A DNA stretch of 64,000 nt from Acidimicrobiia bacterium (GTDB lineage Bacteria > Actinomycetota > Acidimicrobiia > Acidimicrobiales > Aldehydirespiratoraceae), in NCBI GenBank assembly GCA_022820805.1, contig JAJEEV010000013.1:16967-80966 (forward strand). Direction: 5' to 3'. Positions 1 to 8,345 of this stretch are shown here, one piece after another. Each line of letters starts with the position of its first letter. The first letter of the stretch is position 1. A program made the position numbers and the translations under genes. Below the pieces are notes generated by a model. It did not search any database and was not told the origin of the DNA. It was given only the letters and a program-made list of their open reading frames with translations.

Positions 1-443
1 CCGGCGGGGGCCACCAGCACACCGGCCCGGGCGCCGTAGATGACCGGTTCGGTGCGGCCCGACACCGAGCCGTCGCCGGCCCGCCGCAGCGGGGTGCGGG
101 CCACGCAGGCGACCGTCTCGCCCGACAGCAGCCGCTCGCCCCAGGGCCCGCCGGCCAGCACCGCCAGCGCGGCCAGCTGCTGCAGCAGCGGCACCGGGGC
201 CAGGTGGGCCCCGGTCTGCTCCAGCAGCACCGCGGCCTCGACCATGCCCAGCCCGACGCCTCCGAGTGTCTCGGGCACCGCGACGCCGGTCCAGCCCTGC
301 TCCACCATCGCCGCCCACAGGTCGGCGTCGAACCCGCCGCGGTCGCACGCCCCGCGCACCGCGGCCATCCCGCAGCGGTCGTCCAGCAGAGCCTTGGCCG
401 CATCCCGCAGGGCCGCCTGGTCCGCCGACAGGTCGAAGTCCAC
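1..443 (-). CDS. acyl-CoA dehydrogenase family protein, N-terminal part (gene runs off left edge)
   Basis: Absent from ORF track because it is open at the window edge. My reverse-strand reading from GTG at 443 gives VDFDLSADQAALRDAAKALLDDRCG...WAAMVEQGWTGVAVPETLGGVGLGMVEAAVLLEQTG, an ACAD N-terminal domain pattern. Divergent from the next ACAD. Confidence 0.65.
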   Translation of the reverse strand, partial: MDFDLSADQAALRDAAKALLDDRCGMAAVRGACDRGGFDADLWAAMVEQGWTGVAVPETLGGVGLGMVEAAVLLEQTGAHLAPVPLLQQLAALAVLAGGPWGERLLSGETVACVARTPLRRAGDGSVSGRTEPVIYGARAGVLVAPA

Positions 444-510
444 CGCCCCGCATCGTAGGCACCCGCGGGGCCGCCCGGATGGGTGAGCGGAGCCGTGGTA
501 GACCCGCGGC

Positions 511-1695
511 GTGGATCTGACGCCCACCGCCGAGCACCGGGCGTTCCGGGCCGAGTGCCGGGCCTGGCTCAAGGACAACCTGGGATGGGACTACGGCACC
601 GGGCTCCCGCCGATGTTCGACGACCTCGCCGAGGAGGTCGAGTTCGGCCGCCGCTGGCAGCGACGCCTGGCCGAGGCCGGCTACGTGGGCCTCACCTGGC
701 CCGTCGAGTACGGCGGCAGCGGCGCCGATCCCGTCTTCAACTACATCGTGCAGGAGGAGCTGGCCCGGGCCCGGGCCCCCGAACTGGTGGGACGCATCGC
801 GGTCAACCTGGTGGGGCCCTGCCTGCTGGCCCACGGCACCGGCGCCCAGAAGCGGCGCTGGCTGCCCGGCATCCTCAACGCCGACCGGCTGATCTGCCAG
901 CTCTTCAGCGAACCCGATGCGGGCAGCGACCTGGCCTCGCTGCGCACCCGGGCCGACCGCACCGACGGAGGCTGGATCCTCAGCGGCCGCAAGGTGTGGA
1001 CGTCCTACGCCCAGTTCGCCCACTGGGGCCTGTGCCTGGCCCGCACCGACCCCGACGCCCCCCAACGGGCAGGCATCACCGTGCTGATGGTCGACATGAG
1101 CGCGCCTGGCGTGGAGGTGCGACCGCTGCGCCAGATGACCGGCGAGTCCGACTTCAACGAGGTGGTCTTCGACGGGGTGTTCGTGGCCGACGACCAGGTG
1201 ATCGGACCGGTCGACGGCGGCTGGGGCGTGGCCACCGCGGTCCTGGCCGGGGAGCGGGGCACCAACCCCCGCCAGCTCGTCATCCACTCCCAGCTGCTGG
1301 AGGAACTGGTGCGCCTGGCCGACGACCGGGGACTGGCCGACGACCCCCGCACCGCCCAGGACCTGGCCCAGGCGTTCGTCGAGGTGCGCCTGTTCCAGCT
1401 CCAGAACTGGCGCGCCCTGTCCAGGCAGGCCCACGGACGGCGGCCCGGCCCCGAGACGGCCACCGCCAAGCTGTACTGGAGCGAGATGAGCCAGCGCCTG
1501 CACGCCACCGCCATGAGGGTGCTCGGAGACGGGGCCCCGCTGTGGCGGGGAGCCGACGCCAACCCCGCCGACGGCCGCTGGCAGCGGTCGTGGCTGTACT
1601 ACCGGGCCTCCTCGATCTTCGCGGGCACCAACGAGATCCAGCGCAACATCATCGGCGAGCGGACCCTGGGCCTGCCCCGCGAGCTCAGGCCCTGA
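511..1695 (+). CDS. acyl-CoA dehydrogenase (FadE-like)
   Basis: 394-aa ORF with ACAD pattern: WPVEYGGSG, QLFSEPDAGSDLASLRTRA, GRKVWTSYAQFA, IFAGTNEIQRNIIGER. Confidence 0.9.
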   Translation: MDLTPTAEHRAFRAECRAWLKDNLGWDYGTGLPPMFDDLAEEVEFGRRWQRRLAEAGYVGLTWPVEYGGSGADPVFNYIVQEELARARAPELVGRIAVNLVGPCLLAHGTGAQKRRWLPGILNADRLICQLFSEPDAGSDLASLRTRADRTDGGWILSGRKVWTSYAQFAHWGLCLARTDPDAPQRAGITVLMVDMSAPGVEVRPLRQMTGESDFNEVVFDGVFVADDQVIGPVDGGWGVATAVLAGERGTNPRQLVIHSQLLEELVRLADDRGLADDPRTAQDLAQAFVEVRLFQLQNWRALSRQAHGRRPGPETATAKLYWSEMSQRLHATAMRVLGDGAPLWRGADANPADGRWQRSWLYYRASSIFAGTNEIQRNIIGERTLGLPRELRP

Positions 1696-1728
1696 CCGCC
1701 GCGCACCCTCGTGCGTACACTGGCCGCC

Positions 1729-2568
1729 ATGGCCGACTTCGAGACCATCATCTACGCGGTCGACGGTCCGGTGGTGACGATCACGATGGATCGGCCCCAT
1801 GTGGCCAACGCTCAGGACACCCGGATGATCGACGAGATCGACGCCGCCCTCGACCTCGCCGACGCCGACGACGACGTGCGGGTGGTGGTGCTGGCCGCCA
1901 ACGGCAAGCACTTCTCGGCCGGGCACGACCTCAAGGCCCTGGTGGGCGACGTCGAGCCCGACAAGTGGCGCCTTATGCGAGAAACCCCCGAGGGCAAGTG
2001 GCACCACGAGAAGGTGATGTACTTCGACCGCTGCCTGCGGATCCGCGACTTCCGCAAGCCCACCATCGCCGCGGTCCACGGCAAGTGCGTGGCAGCCGGG
2101 GTGATGCTGGCATGCATGGCCGACATCATCGTGGCCAGCGACGACGCCGCCTTCCAGAACCCGGTGCTGCGCATGACCGGCGCGGCGGTCGAGATCCTGG
2201 TCGAGCCCTGGGAGATGCCGGCCCGCAAGGCCAAGGAGTTCCTGCTCACCGCCGAGACCATCTCCGCGGCCGAGGCCGAGCGCCTGGGCATGGTGAACCG
2301 GGTGGTCCCCCGGGCCGAGCTGGCCTCGGCGGTGCAGGAACTCGCTGAGAGGATCGCGCTGGTGCCGCCGGCCACCGCCCAGGTGGTCAAGCGATCGATC
2401 AACAAGACCCTCGACCTGCAGGGCCAGCGCGACGCCTGGGACTACCACTTCCAGGCCCACCACTGGATGCACAACACCGCCACCGCCCTGGGCGCGCTCG
2501 AGCAGCGCATGCAGAAGGGCTCCATGAAAGAGGTCTTCGCCGAGCACCGCGACCCCCAGACCCGCTGA
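1729..2568 (+). CDS. enoyl-CoA hydratase/isomerase (crotonase) family
   Basis: MADFETIIYAVDGPVVTITMDRP...NGKHFSAGHDL...KPTIAAVHGKCVAAG. An alternative GTG start at 1711 is in frame. Confidence 0.85.
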   Translation: MADFETIIYAVDGPVVTITMDRPHVANAQDTRMIDEIDAALDLADADDDVRVVVLAANGKHFSAGHDLKALVGDVEPDKWRLMRETPEGKWHHEKVMYFDRCLRIRDFRKPTIAAVHGKCVAAGVMLACMADIIVASDDAAFQNPVLRMTGAAVEILVEPWEMPARKAKEFLLTAETISAAEAERLGMVNRVVPRAELASAVQELAERIALVPPATAQVVKRSINKTLDLQGQRDAWDYHFQAHHWMHNTATALGALEQRMQKGSMKEVFAEHRDPQTR

Positions 2569-2606
2569 GTCGACCTCGGTGAGGCACCCACGATGAGGTC
2601 GCGACG

Positions 2607-3809
2607 ATGAGGCAGCCCCTCGCCGGGCTGCGGGTGCTGGACCTCGGCACCCGGATCGCGGCCCCGTTCTGCGCCGGGATCCTGGGAGAGCAGGGCGCCG
2701 AGGTCATCAAGGTCGAGAAGCCCGTCCACGGCGACAGGCACCGCATCAACGGGCCGTTCGCCACCGGCGACGACGGGAGCCGCTACTCCCTGACCTGGTC
2801 CGTCGAGGGGCGGGGCCGCAAGTCGGTGACCATCGACCTGCGCCGGCCCGCCGGCCAGGACCTGCTGCGGCGCCTGGCCGCGGTCTCCGACGTCGTCTGT
2901 GAGAACTTCAGGCCGGGGACCCTGGAGCGCTGGAACATCGATCCGACCCGGCTCGATCCGCGGCTGGTGACCGCCCGGATCAGCCTGTTCGGCCAGGACG
3001 GGCCCAAGTCGCTGCACACCGGCTTCGACCGCAACGCGGTCGCTTTCGGCGGGTTGATGCACCTCACCGGGGAGCCCGACCGACCGCCGGTACCGCCCGG
3101 CCTGACCGTCGCCGACTACCTCACCGGGGTGTTCGCGGCCCAGGCCGTGACCAGCCTGCTGTATGAGCGCGACGCCCGGGGCACCGGAGCCGGCGGCGTG
3201 GTCGACGCCTACCTGTACGGCTCGATCCTGCGGATCATGGAGTGGACCATCGCGGCCTACGACCGGCTGGGCGTGGTTCGTCAACGCACCGGCAACTTCT
3301 CGAAGCAAGCGGCGCCGATCGGCAGCTACCTGAGCCGCGACGGCCGGCATGTGTGCGTCGTGGCTGTGAGCCAGGCAATGTTCGAGCGCCTGTGCGAGGC
3401 GATGGGCCGGCCCGAGCTGTTGAGCGACGAGCGCTACGCAACCGCGGCGGCCCGGGCCCGCAACGACGCCGAGACGAACGCGCTGGTGGCCGAATGGGTG
3501 TCGGGACTGGACGCGGCCGAGATCGAGGAGCGCTGTCAGCGCTGCGGCGTGCCGGTGGGCACCGTCCACGACGTGGCCGACATAGCCGCGGACGAGCATG
3601 TGCGCGCCCGGGGCGATCTCTGCATCGTGGACGACCCGGTCATCGGTCCTGTGCGCCAGCAGGCCCCTTTCCCCCGCTTCTCCAGCGAACCGCTTCCCAC
3701 CCCGTCCGGTGCCCCTCGTTTGGGCGAGCACACCGACGAGGTGCTAGGGAACCTGCTGGGACTTTCAGGAGGCGAAATCGCGGCCCTGAGGGACGACAAT
3801 GTGATCTGA
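2607..3809 (+). CDS. family III CoA-transferase (CaiB/BaiF), copy 1
   Basis: LRVLDLGTRIAAPFCAGILGEQGAEVIKVE, ENFRPGTLERWN, APRLGEHTDEVL. Confidence 0.9.
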   Translation: MRQPLAGLRVLDLGTRIAAPFCAGILGEQGAEVIKVEKPVHGDRHRINGPFATGDDGSRYSLTWSVEGRGRKSVTIDLRRPAGQDLLRRLAAVSDVVCENFRPGTLERWNIDPTRLDPRLVTARISLFGQDGPKSLHTGFDRNAVAFGGLMHLTGEPDRPPVPPGLTVADYLTGVFAAQAVTSLLYERDARGTGAGGVVDAYLYGSILRIMEWTIAAYDRLGVVRQRTGNFSKQAAPIGSYLSRDGRHVCVVAVSQAMFERLCEAMGRPELLSDERYATAAARARNDAETNALVAEWVSGLDAAEIEERCQRCGVPVGTVHDVADIAADEHVRARGDLCIVDDPVIGPVRQQAPFPRFSSEPLPTPSGAPRLGEHTDEVLGNLLGLSGGEIAALRDDNVI

Positions 3810-3811
3810 GC

Positions 3812-5611
3812 ATGACCGCCGCCAACACTCCGGACAGCGAGAGCACCGGGATCCGCTACGAGCCCGACGACCCGTGCCCGCCGCTGCTGCTGCTCGGCGT
3901 CGGCCTCCAGGGCACCATGATGATCCTGGCCTCGATCGTGCTGATCGTGGCCGTCACCGCCCGAGCCGGTGGCCAGGGCGACGACTACCTGACGTGGGCG
4001 GTGTTCGCGGCCCTGATCATCTCCGGAGCCCTCATCGCGCTCCAGGCCAGCCGGGTGTGGCGACTCGGTGCCGGCCACATCCTGTTCATGGGCCCCACCA
4101 CCAATTTCGTGGCCGTCGCGGTGCTGGCGCTGGAGGCAGGCGGACCGGCCCTGCTGGCGAGCCTGACCGTGGTTTCGTCCCTCCTCTACCTAATGCTCGC
4201 CTTCTGGCTGCCCCTGCTGCGCAGGGTCATCACGCCCGTCGTCTCCGGCACGGTGCTCATGTTGATCGCGGTGTCGGTCCTACCGATCGCGCTCGACCGC
4301 GTCGCGGAGGTCTCAGGCGACGCAGACCCGGCCTTCGGGCCGATCATCGCGGCGGTGACGATGGCCGTCACCACAGTGCTGGCCCTGCGGGCGCCCCGGA
4401 GCCTGAAACCCTGGTCGCCACTGGTGGCCCTGCTCACCGGATCGGTGGTGGCAGCCGCGCTCGGAGCCTTCGACGCCCAGCCGATCACCGACGCCGCGTG
4501 GGCCGGCATCCCCTCCGGCGGGTTCCCCGGGTTCGACCTCACTCCCGGACCGGACTTCTGGGCGCTGCTCCCGGCGTTCGGGGTGGTCACCCTGGTGGGC
4601 GGCGTCAAGAACATGGGTGACAGCGTGGCCGTGCAGCAGGCCTCGCGGCGCCAGGCCAAGGTGACCGACTTCCGGCTGGTGCAGGGCGCCCTCAACACCA
4701 ACGGCCTCGGCATCCTGCTCTCGGGCCTCGTCGGAACCCCGCCCACCACCGCCTACTCGTCCCGCAGCGTGATGCTCATCACGTTCACGTCGGTGGCCGC
4801 CCGCCGGGTCGGCTACGTGATGGGAGCCATCCTGGCCGTGCTGGCGCTGTTCCCGAAGCTCGCCGCCATCCTCGTCGCGATCCCGAGCCCCGTCATGGGG
4901 GCCTACATCCTGGTGGCCATCGGCACGCTCTTCGTCGCCGGCATGCGCACCGCGGTCAGGGACGGCCTCGACGCCCAGAAGGCCACCATCGTGGCCATCT
5001 CGTTCGCGGTGGGCGCCGGTCTGGAACACCAGACGATATTCGCCGACCTGCTCGGCGGGACGTGGTCCCCGCTGCTGGACAACGGTGTGGTCATGGGCGC
5101 GGCGACCGCGGTGGTGCTGACGCTGTTCATGGAGGCCACCCGGCCGGTGCGCCAGACCCGTCTCGAGGTCGACCTCAGCGTCTCGTCGCTTCCCGAGATC
5201 GACCAGTTCCTGCTCGACATCGCCGCCCGGCTGGGCTGGAACCAGACCTCGACCAGCCGGCTGCGCTCCGCCGGCGAGGAGACCCTCATCAGCCTGATCC
5301 ACCCGCGTGGACCCGCTCCCGGTGAGGGACCGCCCCGGTTCATCGTCATAGCCCGCCCAAGCGACACCCTGGTCGAGCTGGAGTTCCTGGCCGTGTTCGA
5401 GGAGGAGAACCTGGAGGACCGCCTGGCCTACCTGAGCGAGGAGGCCGAGGGGGGCCAGGGGATCGAGGAGGGCGAGATCTCCCTGCGCCTGCTGCGCCAC
5501 TACGCGGCGTCGGTCCAGCACCAGAAGTACCAGGGCCTCGACGTGGTGACCGTCCAGGTTCGGGGAACGCGATTGCGAACGGCCTCACCATCGGAGAGTC
5601 ATAGGTACTAG
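3812..5611 (+). CDS. NCS2/SLC23-type permease fused to a soluble C-terminal regulatory-like domain, copy 1
   Basis: ATG at 3812 lies 2 nt after the CaiB stop; the upstream part of ORF 3242..5611 overlaps caiB. The product has multiple TM segments. NCS2-like blocks: GDSVAVQQASRR...LNTNGLGILLSGLVGTPPTTAYSS and IPSPVMGAYILVAIGTLF. A soluble tail of about 160 aa follows. Confidence 0.8.
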   Translation: MTAANTPDSESTGIRYEPDDPCPPLLLLGVGLQGTMMILASIVLIVAVTARAGGQGDDYLTWAVFAALIISGALIALQASRVWRLGAGHILFMGPTTNFVAVAVLALEAGGPALLASLTVVSSLLYLMLAFWLPLLRRVITPVVSGTVLMLIAVSVLPIALDRVAEVSGDADPAFGPIIAAVTMAVTTVLALRAPRSLKPWSPLVALLTGSVVAAALGAFDAQPITDAAWAGIPSGGFPGFDLTPGPDFWALLPAFGVVTLVGGVKNMGDSVAVQQASRRQAKVTDFRLVQGALNTNGLGILLSGLVGTPPTTAYSSRSVMLITFTSVAARRVGYVMGAILAVLALFPKLAAILVAIPSPVMGAYILVAIGTLFVAGMRTAVRDGLDAQKATIVAISFAVGAGLEHQTIFADLLGGTWSPLLDNGVVMGAATAVVLTLFMEATRPVRQTRLEVDLSVSSLPEIDQFLLDIAARLGWNQTSTSRLRSAGEETLISLIHPRGPAPGEGPPRFIVIARPSDTLVELEFLAVFEEENLEDRLAYLSEEAEGGQGIEEGEISLRLLRHYAASVQHQKYQGLDVVTVQVRGTRLRTASPSESHRY

Positions 5612-5655
5612 GTCCCGCCGTGTAACGTGCTCGCCGTGGACCGCGAGAGGCTGCC

Positions 5656-6855
5656 ATGAGACGCCCGCTGGAAGGACTCCGGGTGATCGACCTGGGATCC
5701 CGGGTCTCGGCCCCGTTCTGCGCCGGGATACTGGGCGAGCAGGGCGCCGAGATCATCAAGATCGAGGAACCGATCCGGGGCGACCGGCTGCGCGAGCTGG
5801 GTCCCTACGCCCACGACGACGCCGGGCAGCGGTACTCGCTGTACTGGTCGGTGGAGGGCCGGGGCCGCAAGTCGGTGACGCTCGACCTGCGCCAACCGCA
5901 GGGCCAGGAGATCCTCCGCTCCCTGGCCGGCGCCAGCGATGTGCTGTGCGAGAGCTTCCGGCCGGGCACCCTCGAACGCTGGAACATCGACCCGTCCCGC
6001 CTCTCCCCGCACCTGGTGACGGCCCGCTTCAGCGTGTTCGGCCAGGACGGCCCCAAGTCGTTGCGGCCCGGCCTCAACGGCAACGCCATGGCCTTCAGCG
6101 GGCTCATGCACCTCACCGGCTATCCCGATCGGCCTCCGGCACGGCCCGGAGTCAACGTCGCCGGCTACCTGACCGGCCTGTTCGCGGCCCAGGCCGTCAC
6201 CAGCCTGCTGTACGACCGCGACGCCCGGGGCGGAACCGGCGGGGTGATCGACGTGTACATGTACGGCTCCATCCTGCGCATCATGGAGTGGACCATCGCC
6301 GCGCACGACCGGCTGGGCATGGTCCGCGACCGCTCGGGCGCCAGCCTCGACATCGCCGCGCCGATCGGCAACTACCCCAGCCGTGACGGGCGCTACGTGT
6401 ACCTCGTCGGCGGCAGCCAGACTTTCTTCGAGCGACTGTGCCTTGCCATGGGACAGCCCGAGCTGGCCGCCGACGAGCGCTTCGCCGACGCCGCGGCCCG
6501 GGCCCGCAACCGGACCGAGATCAACGCGATCGTCGCCGAGTGGGTCGCCGGCCTGGACGCCGACGAGGCGGAGGCCCGCTGCGTGGCCTGCGACGTGCCC
6601 GCGGGCAAGATCTACGACGTCGCCGACCTGGCCGCCGACGAGCACGTGCAGGCCAGGGGTGACATCTGCACCGTCGAGGACCCGGTCGTCGGACCGGTCC
6701 GCCAGCAGGCGCCCTTCCCCCGCCTGCTCGGCGAGACCCCTCCCGCTCCTGCGGGCGCGCCCCGCCTGGGCGAGCACACCGACGAGGTCCTCTCGGGCGT
6801 GCTGGGCCTGTCGGGCACCGAGCTGGCCGCCCTCAGGTCCGACGGCGTCATCTGA
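5656..6855 (+). CDS. family III CoA-transferase (CaiB/BaiF), copy 2
   Basis: Collinear paralog of 2607..3809, roughly two-thirds identical by eye: LRVIDLGSRVSAPFCAGILGEQGAEIIKIE, APRLGEHTDEVL. Confidence 0.9.
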   Translation: MRRPLEGLRVIDLGSRVSAPFCAGILGEQGAEIIKIEEPIRGDRLRELGPYAHDDAGQRYSLYWSVEGRGRKSVTLDLRQPQGQEILRSLAGASDVLCESFRPGTLERWNIDPSRLSPHLVTARFSVFGQDGPKSLRPGLNGNAMAFSGLMHLTGYPDRPPARPGVNVAGYLTGLFAAQAVTSLLYDRDARGGTGGVIDVYMYGSILRIMEWTIAAHDRLGMVRDRSGASLDIAAPIGNYPSRDGRYVYLVGGSQTFFERLCLAMGQPELAADERFADAAARARNRTEINAIVAEWVAGLDADEAEARCVACDVPAGKIYDVADLAADEHVQARGDICTVEDPVVGPVRQQAPFPRLLGETPPAPAGAPRLGEHTDEVLSGVLGLSGTELAALRSDGVI

Positions 6856-6858
6856 CCG

Positions 6859-6933
6859 CCCGTCCCCCTCCTCCGGAATTGGCAGCAAAACGCACGCATA
6901 CCGTGCAAAACGCTGCCAATTCCGGGGGACGGC
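6859..6933. terminator. long compound hairpin between convergent genes (candidate bidirectional terminator or structured RNA)
   Basis: CCGGAATTGGCAGC (6873-6886) pairs with GCTGCCAATTCCGG (6912-6925). Inside is an inner stem GCACG/CGTGC flanked by symmetric AAAAC bulges. Outside is CCGTCCCC/GGGGACGG. There is no U-tract. Confidence 0.4.
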
Positions 6934-6938
6934 CGGGT

Positions 6939-8114
6939 TCAGGCGACGCGCTGGATGAGGGTGCCGGTCCCCAGGCCGCCGCCGCAGCACATCGACACCA
7001 GGCCGTAGTCGCCGTCGCTGCGCTCCAGCTCGTGCACCGCCTTGGTGGTGAGGATGCAGCCGGTGCCTCCCAGAGGATGGCCCAGCGCGATGGCGCCGCC
7101 GTTGGGGTTGGTGCGAGCCGGGTCGGCTCCGACCGTGCGCTGCCAGGCGATCACCACCGAAGCGAACGCCTCGTTGACCTCGAACACGTCCACGTCGTCG
7201 ATGGACAGCCCCTCGCGCGACAACACCCGCTCGGTGGCCGGTATCGGCCCCTCAAGCATCAGCACCGGATCGCATCCCACCAGCGCGGTCTGCGCCACTC
7301 GGGCCCGGGCCCTCAGTCCCAGCTCGGCCGCCCTGTCCGCCGACATCAGCAGCACCGCGGCCGCGCCGTCGGCGATCTGCGATGACGAGCCCGCGGTGTG
7401 GATGCCGTCGTCGCGGGCCACCGGCTTGAGCCCGGCGAGGGCCTCCAGGCTGGTGTCGCGGGGCACCTCGTCGCGGGCGAACTCGACCGTCTCGCCCGTC
7501 TTGCGGCCGTCCTCGTCCACAAGCACTGCGTCCAGGGGGACGATCTGGGTCTCGAAGCGACCCTCGCGCTGGGCGGTGGCCGCCCTCAGCTGCGACTCCA
7601 GCCCGAGCTCGTCGGTGTCGGCGCGCGAGATGCCGTAGGCGGTGGCGATGCGCTCCGCGCCCTCGAACTGGCTGGTGAACTCGTAGTGCTGGAAGTAGCT
7701 GCGCGACACCGGCTTGCCGGGGCCGTTCATCACGTTGGCAGCCAGAGGCACCATCGACATCGACTCCACCCCGCAGGCCAGCACGGTGTCCTCCGCGCCC
7801 GACGCGATGAGGCTGTAGGCCAGGTTCACGGCGTGCTGCGACGACCCGCACTGCGAGTCGACGGTGGAACAGGCGGTGGTCTTCTCGCCCCCGTGGGACA
7901 GCCACGCCGTGCGGGTGATGTTCATGCCCTGGGCGCCGACCTGGTCGATGCAGCCGCCCACCACCTGGTCGACGTCGCCGCTGGCGATCCCGGCCCGGTT
8001 GAGGCATTCCATCTGCACTGGGCCGAGGATGTCGGCGGGATGGGTGTGGGCCAGGGTTCCGTTGCGCTTGCCTACTGCTGAGCGCACTGCCTCCACGATT
8101 ACTACGTCTCTCAA
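6939..8114 (-). CDS. acetyl-CoA C-acyltransferase (thiolase)
   Basis: DSQCGSSQHAV, GHPLGGTGC and MCCGGGLG motifs. TTG start at 8114 is preceded by AAGGAGGA. Confidence 0.9.
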   Translation of the reverse strand: MRDVVIVEAVRSAVGKRNGTLAHTHPADILGPVQMECLNRAGIASGDVDQVVGGCIDQVGAQGMNITRTAWLSHGGEKTTACSTVDSQCGSSQHAVNLAYSLIASGAEDTVLACGVESMSMVPLAANVMNGPGKPVSRSYFQHYEFTSQFEGAERIATAYGISRADTDELGLESQLRAATAQREGRFETQIVPLDAVLVDEDGRKTGETVEFARDEVPRDTSLEALAGLKPVARDDGIHTAGSSSQIADGAAAVLLMSADRAAELGLRARARVAQTALVGCDPVLMLEGPIPATERVLSREGLSIDDVDVFEVNEAFASVVIAWQRTVGADPARTNPNGGAIALGHPLGGTGCILTTKAVHELERSDGDYGLVSMCCGGGLGTGTLIQRVA

Positions 8115-8130
8115 TTCCGTCCTCCTTGTC

Positions 8131-8320
8131 GCGCGAGGAGCCTACGCGCTCTTGTTGAGCGTGGTTCTTTCCGGCCGGCGGGTCCTGTCGCCGAGCCAGA
8201 CGACCGACACGGGCTTCGCCCCAGGCCCTCACGGCCGGCGGGTCCTGTCGACGAGCCGAGATGACCGACACGGGCTTCGCCCTATTCGTCGGTCATCTGA
8301 CTCGCCGCCACCCGCCGGCC
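8131..8320. repeat. intergenic repeat element, family A (tandem 60-nt unit x2 plus tail)
   Basis: CGGCCGGCGGGTCCTGTCG-CGAGCC-GACCGACACGGGCTTCGCCC occurs at about 8172-8222 and 8232-8283. The tail is CTATTCGTCGGTC...CACCCGCCGGCC. Ends are inverted: GGCCGGCGGGT / ACCCGCCGGCC. Confidence 0.6.
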
Positions 8321-8345
8321 TTTCGGGTCGCGCCCTTCGAGCGGG

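Noticed and set aside
483-2348. 621-aa Arg/Pro/Gly-rich ORF spanning two annotated genes
   Set aside because: It is out of frame with the well-supported ACAD and crotonase ORFs. Its low-complexity RPG composition is typical of off-frame reading in about 70% GC DNA.
3242-3811. N-terminal extensions suggested by the ORF track (3242 for the permease; likewise 9345..10733, 11524..13392, 26831..28024, 27576.., 30494..32026, 32031..33110, 46694..47872, 53909..54562, 56575..57099, 56964..57269, 40708..40977)
   Set aside because: The extensions overlap the neighbouring gene or are Arg/Pro-rich. Internal starts give family-typical N-termini, often with a GGAGG-like RBS or stop/start overlap.
8172-8283. 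Possible CRISPR array (regularly spaced repeats at 8172/8232 and 42345/42426)
   Set aside because: Each has only two units. The supposed spacers are 10-17 nt. The units are 50-64 nt with internal structure, and there are no cas genes. These are tandem REP/MITE-like repeats, not CRISPR.
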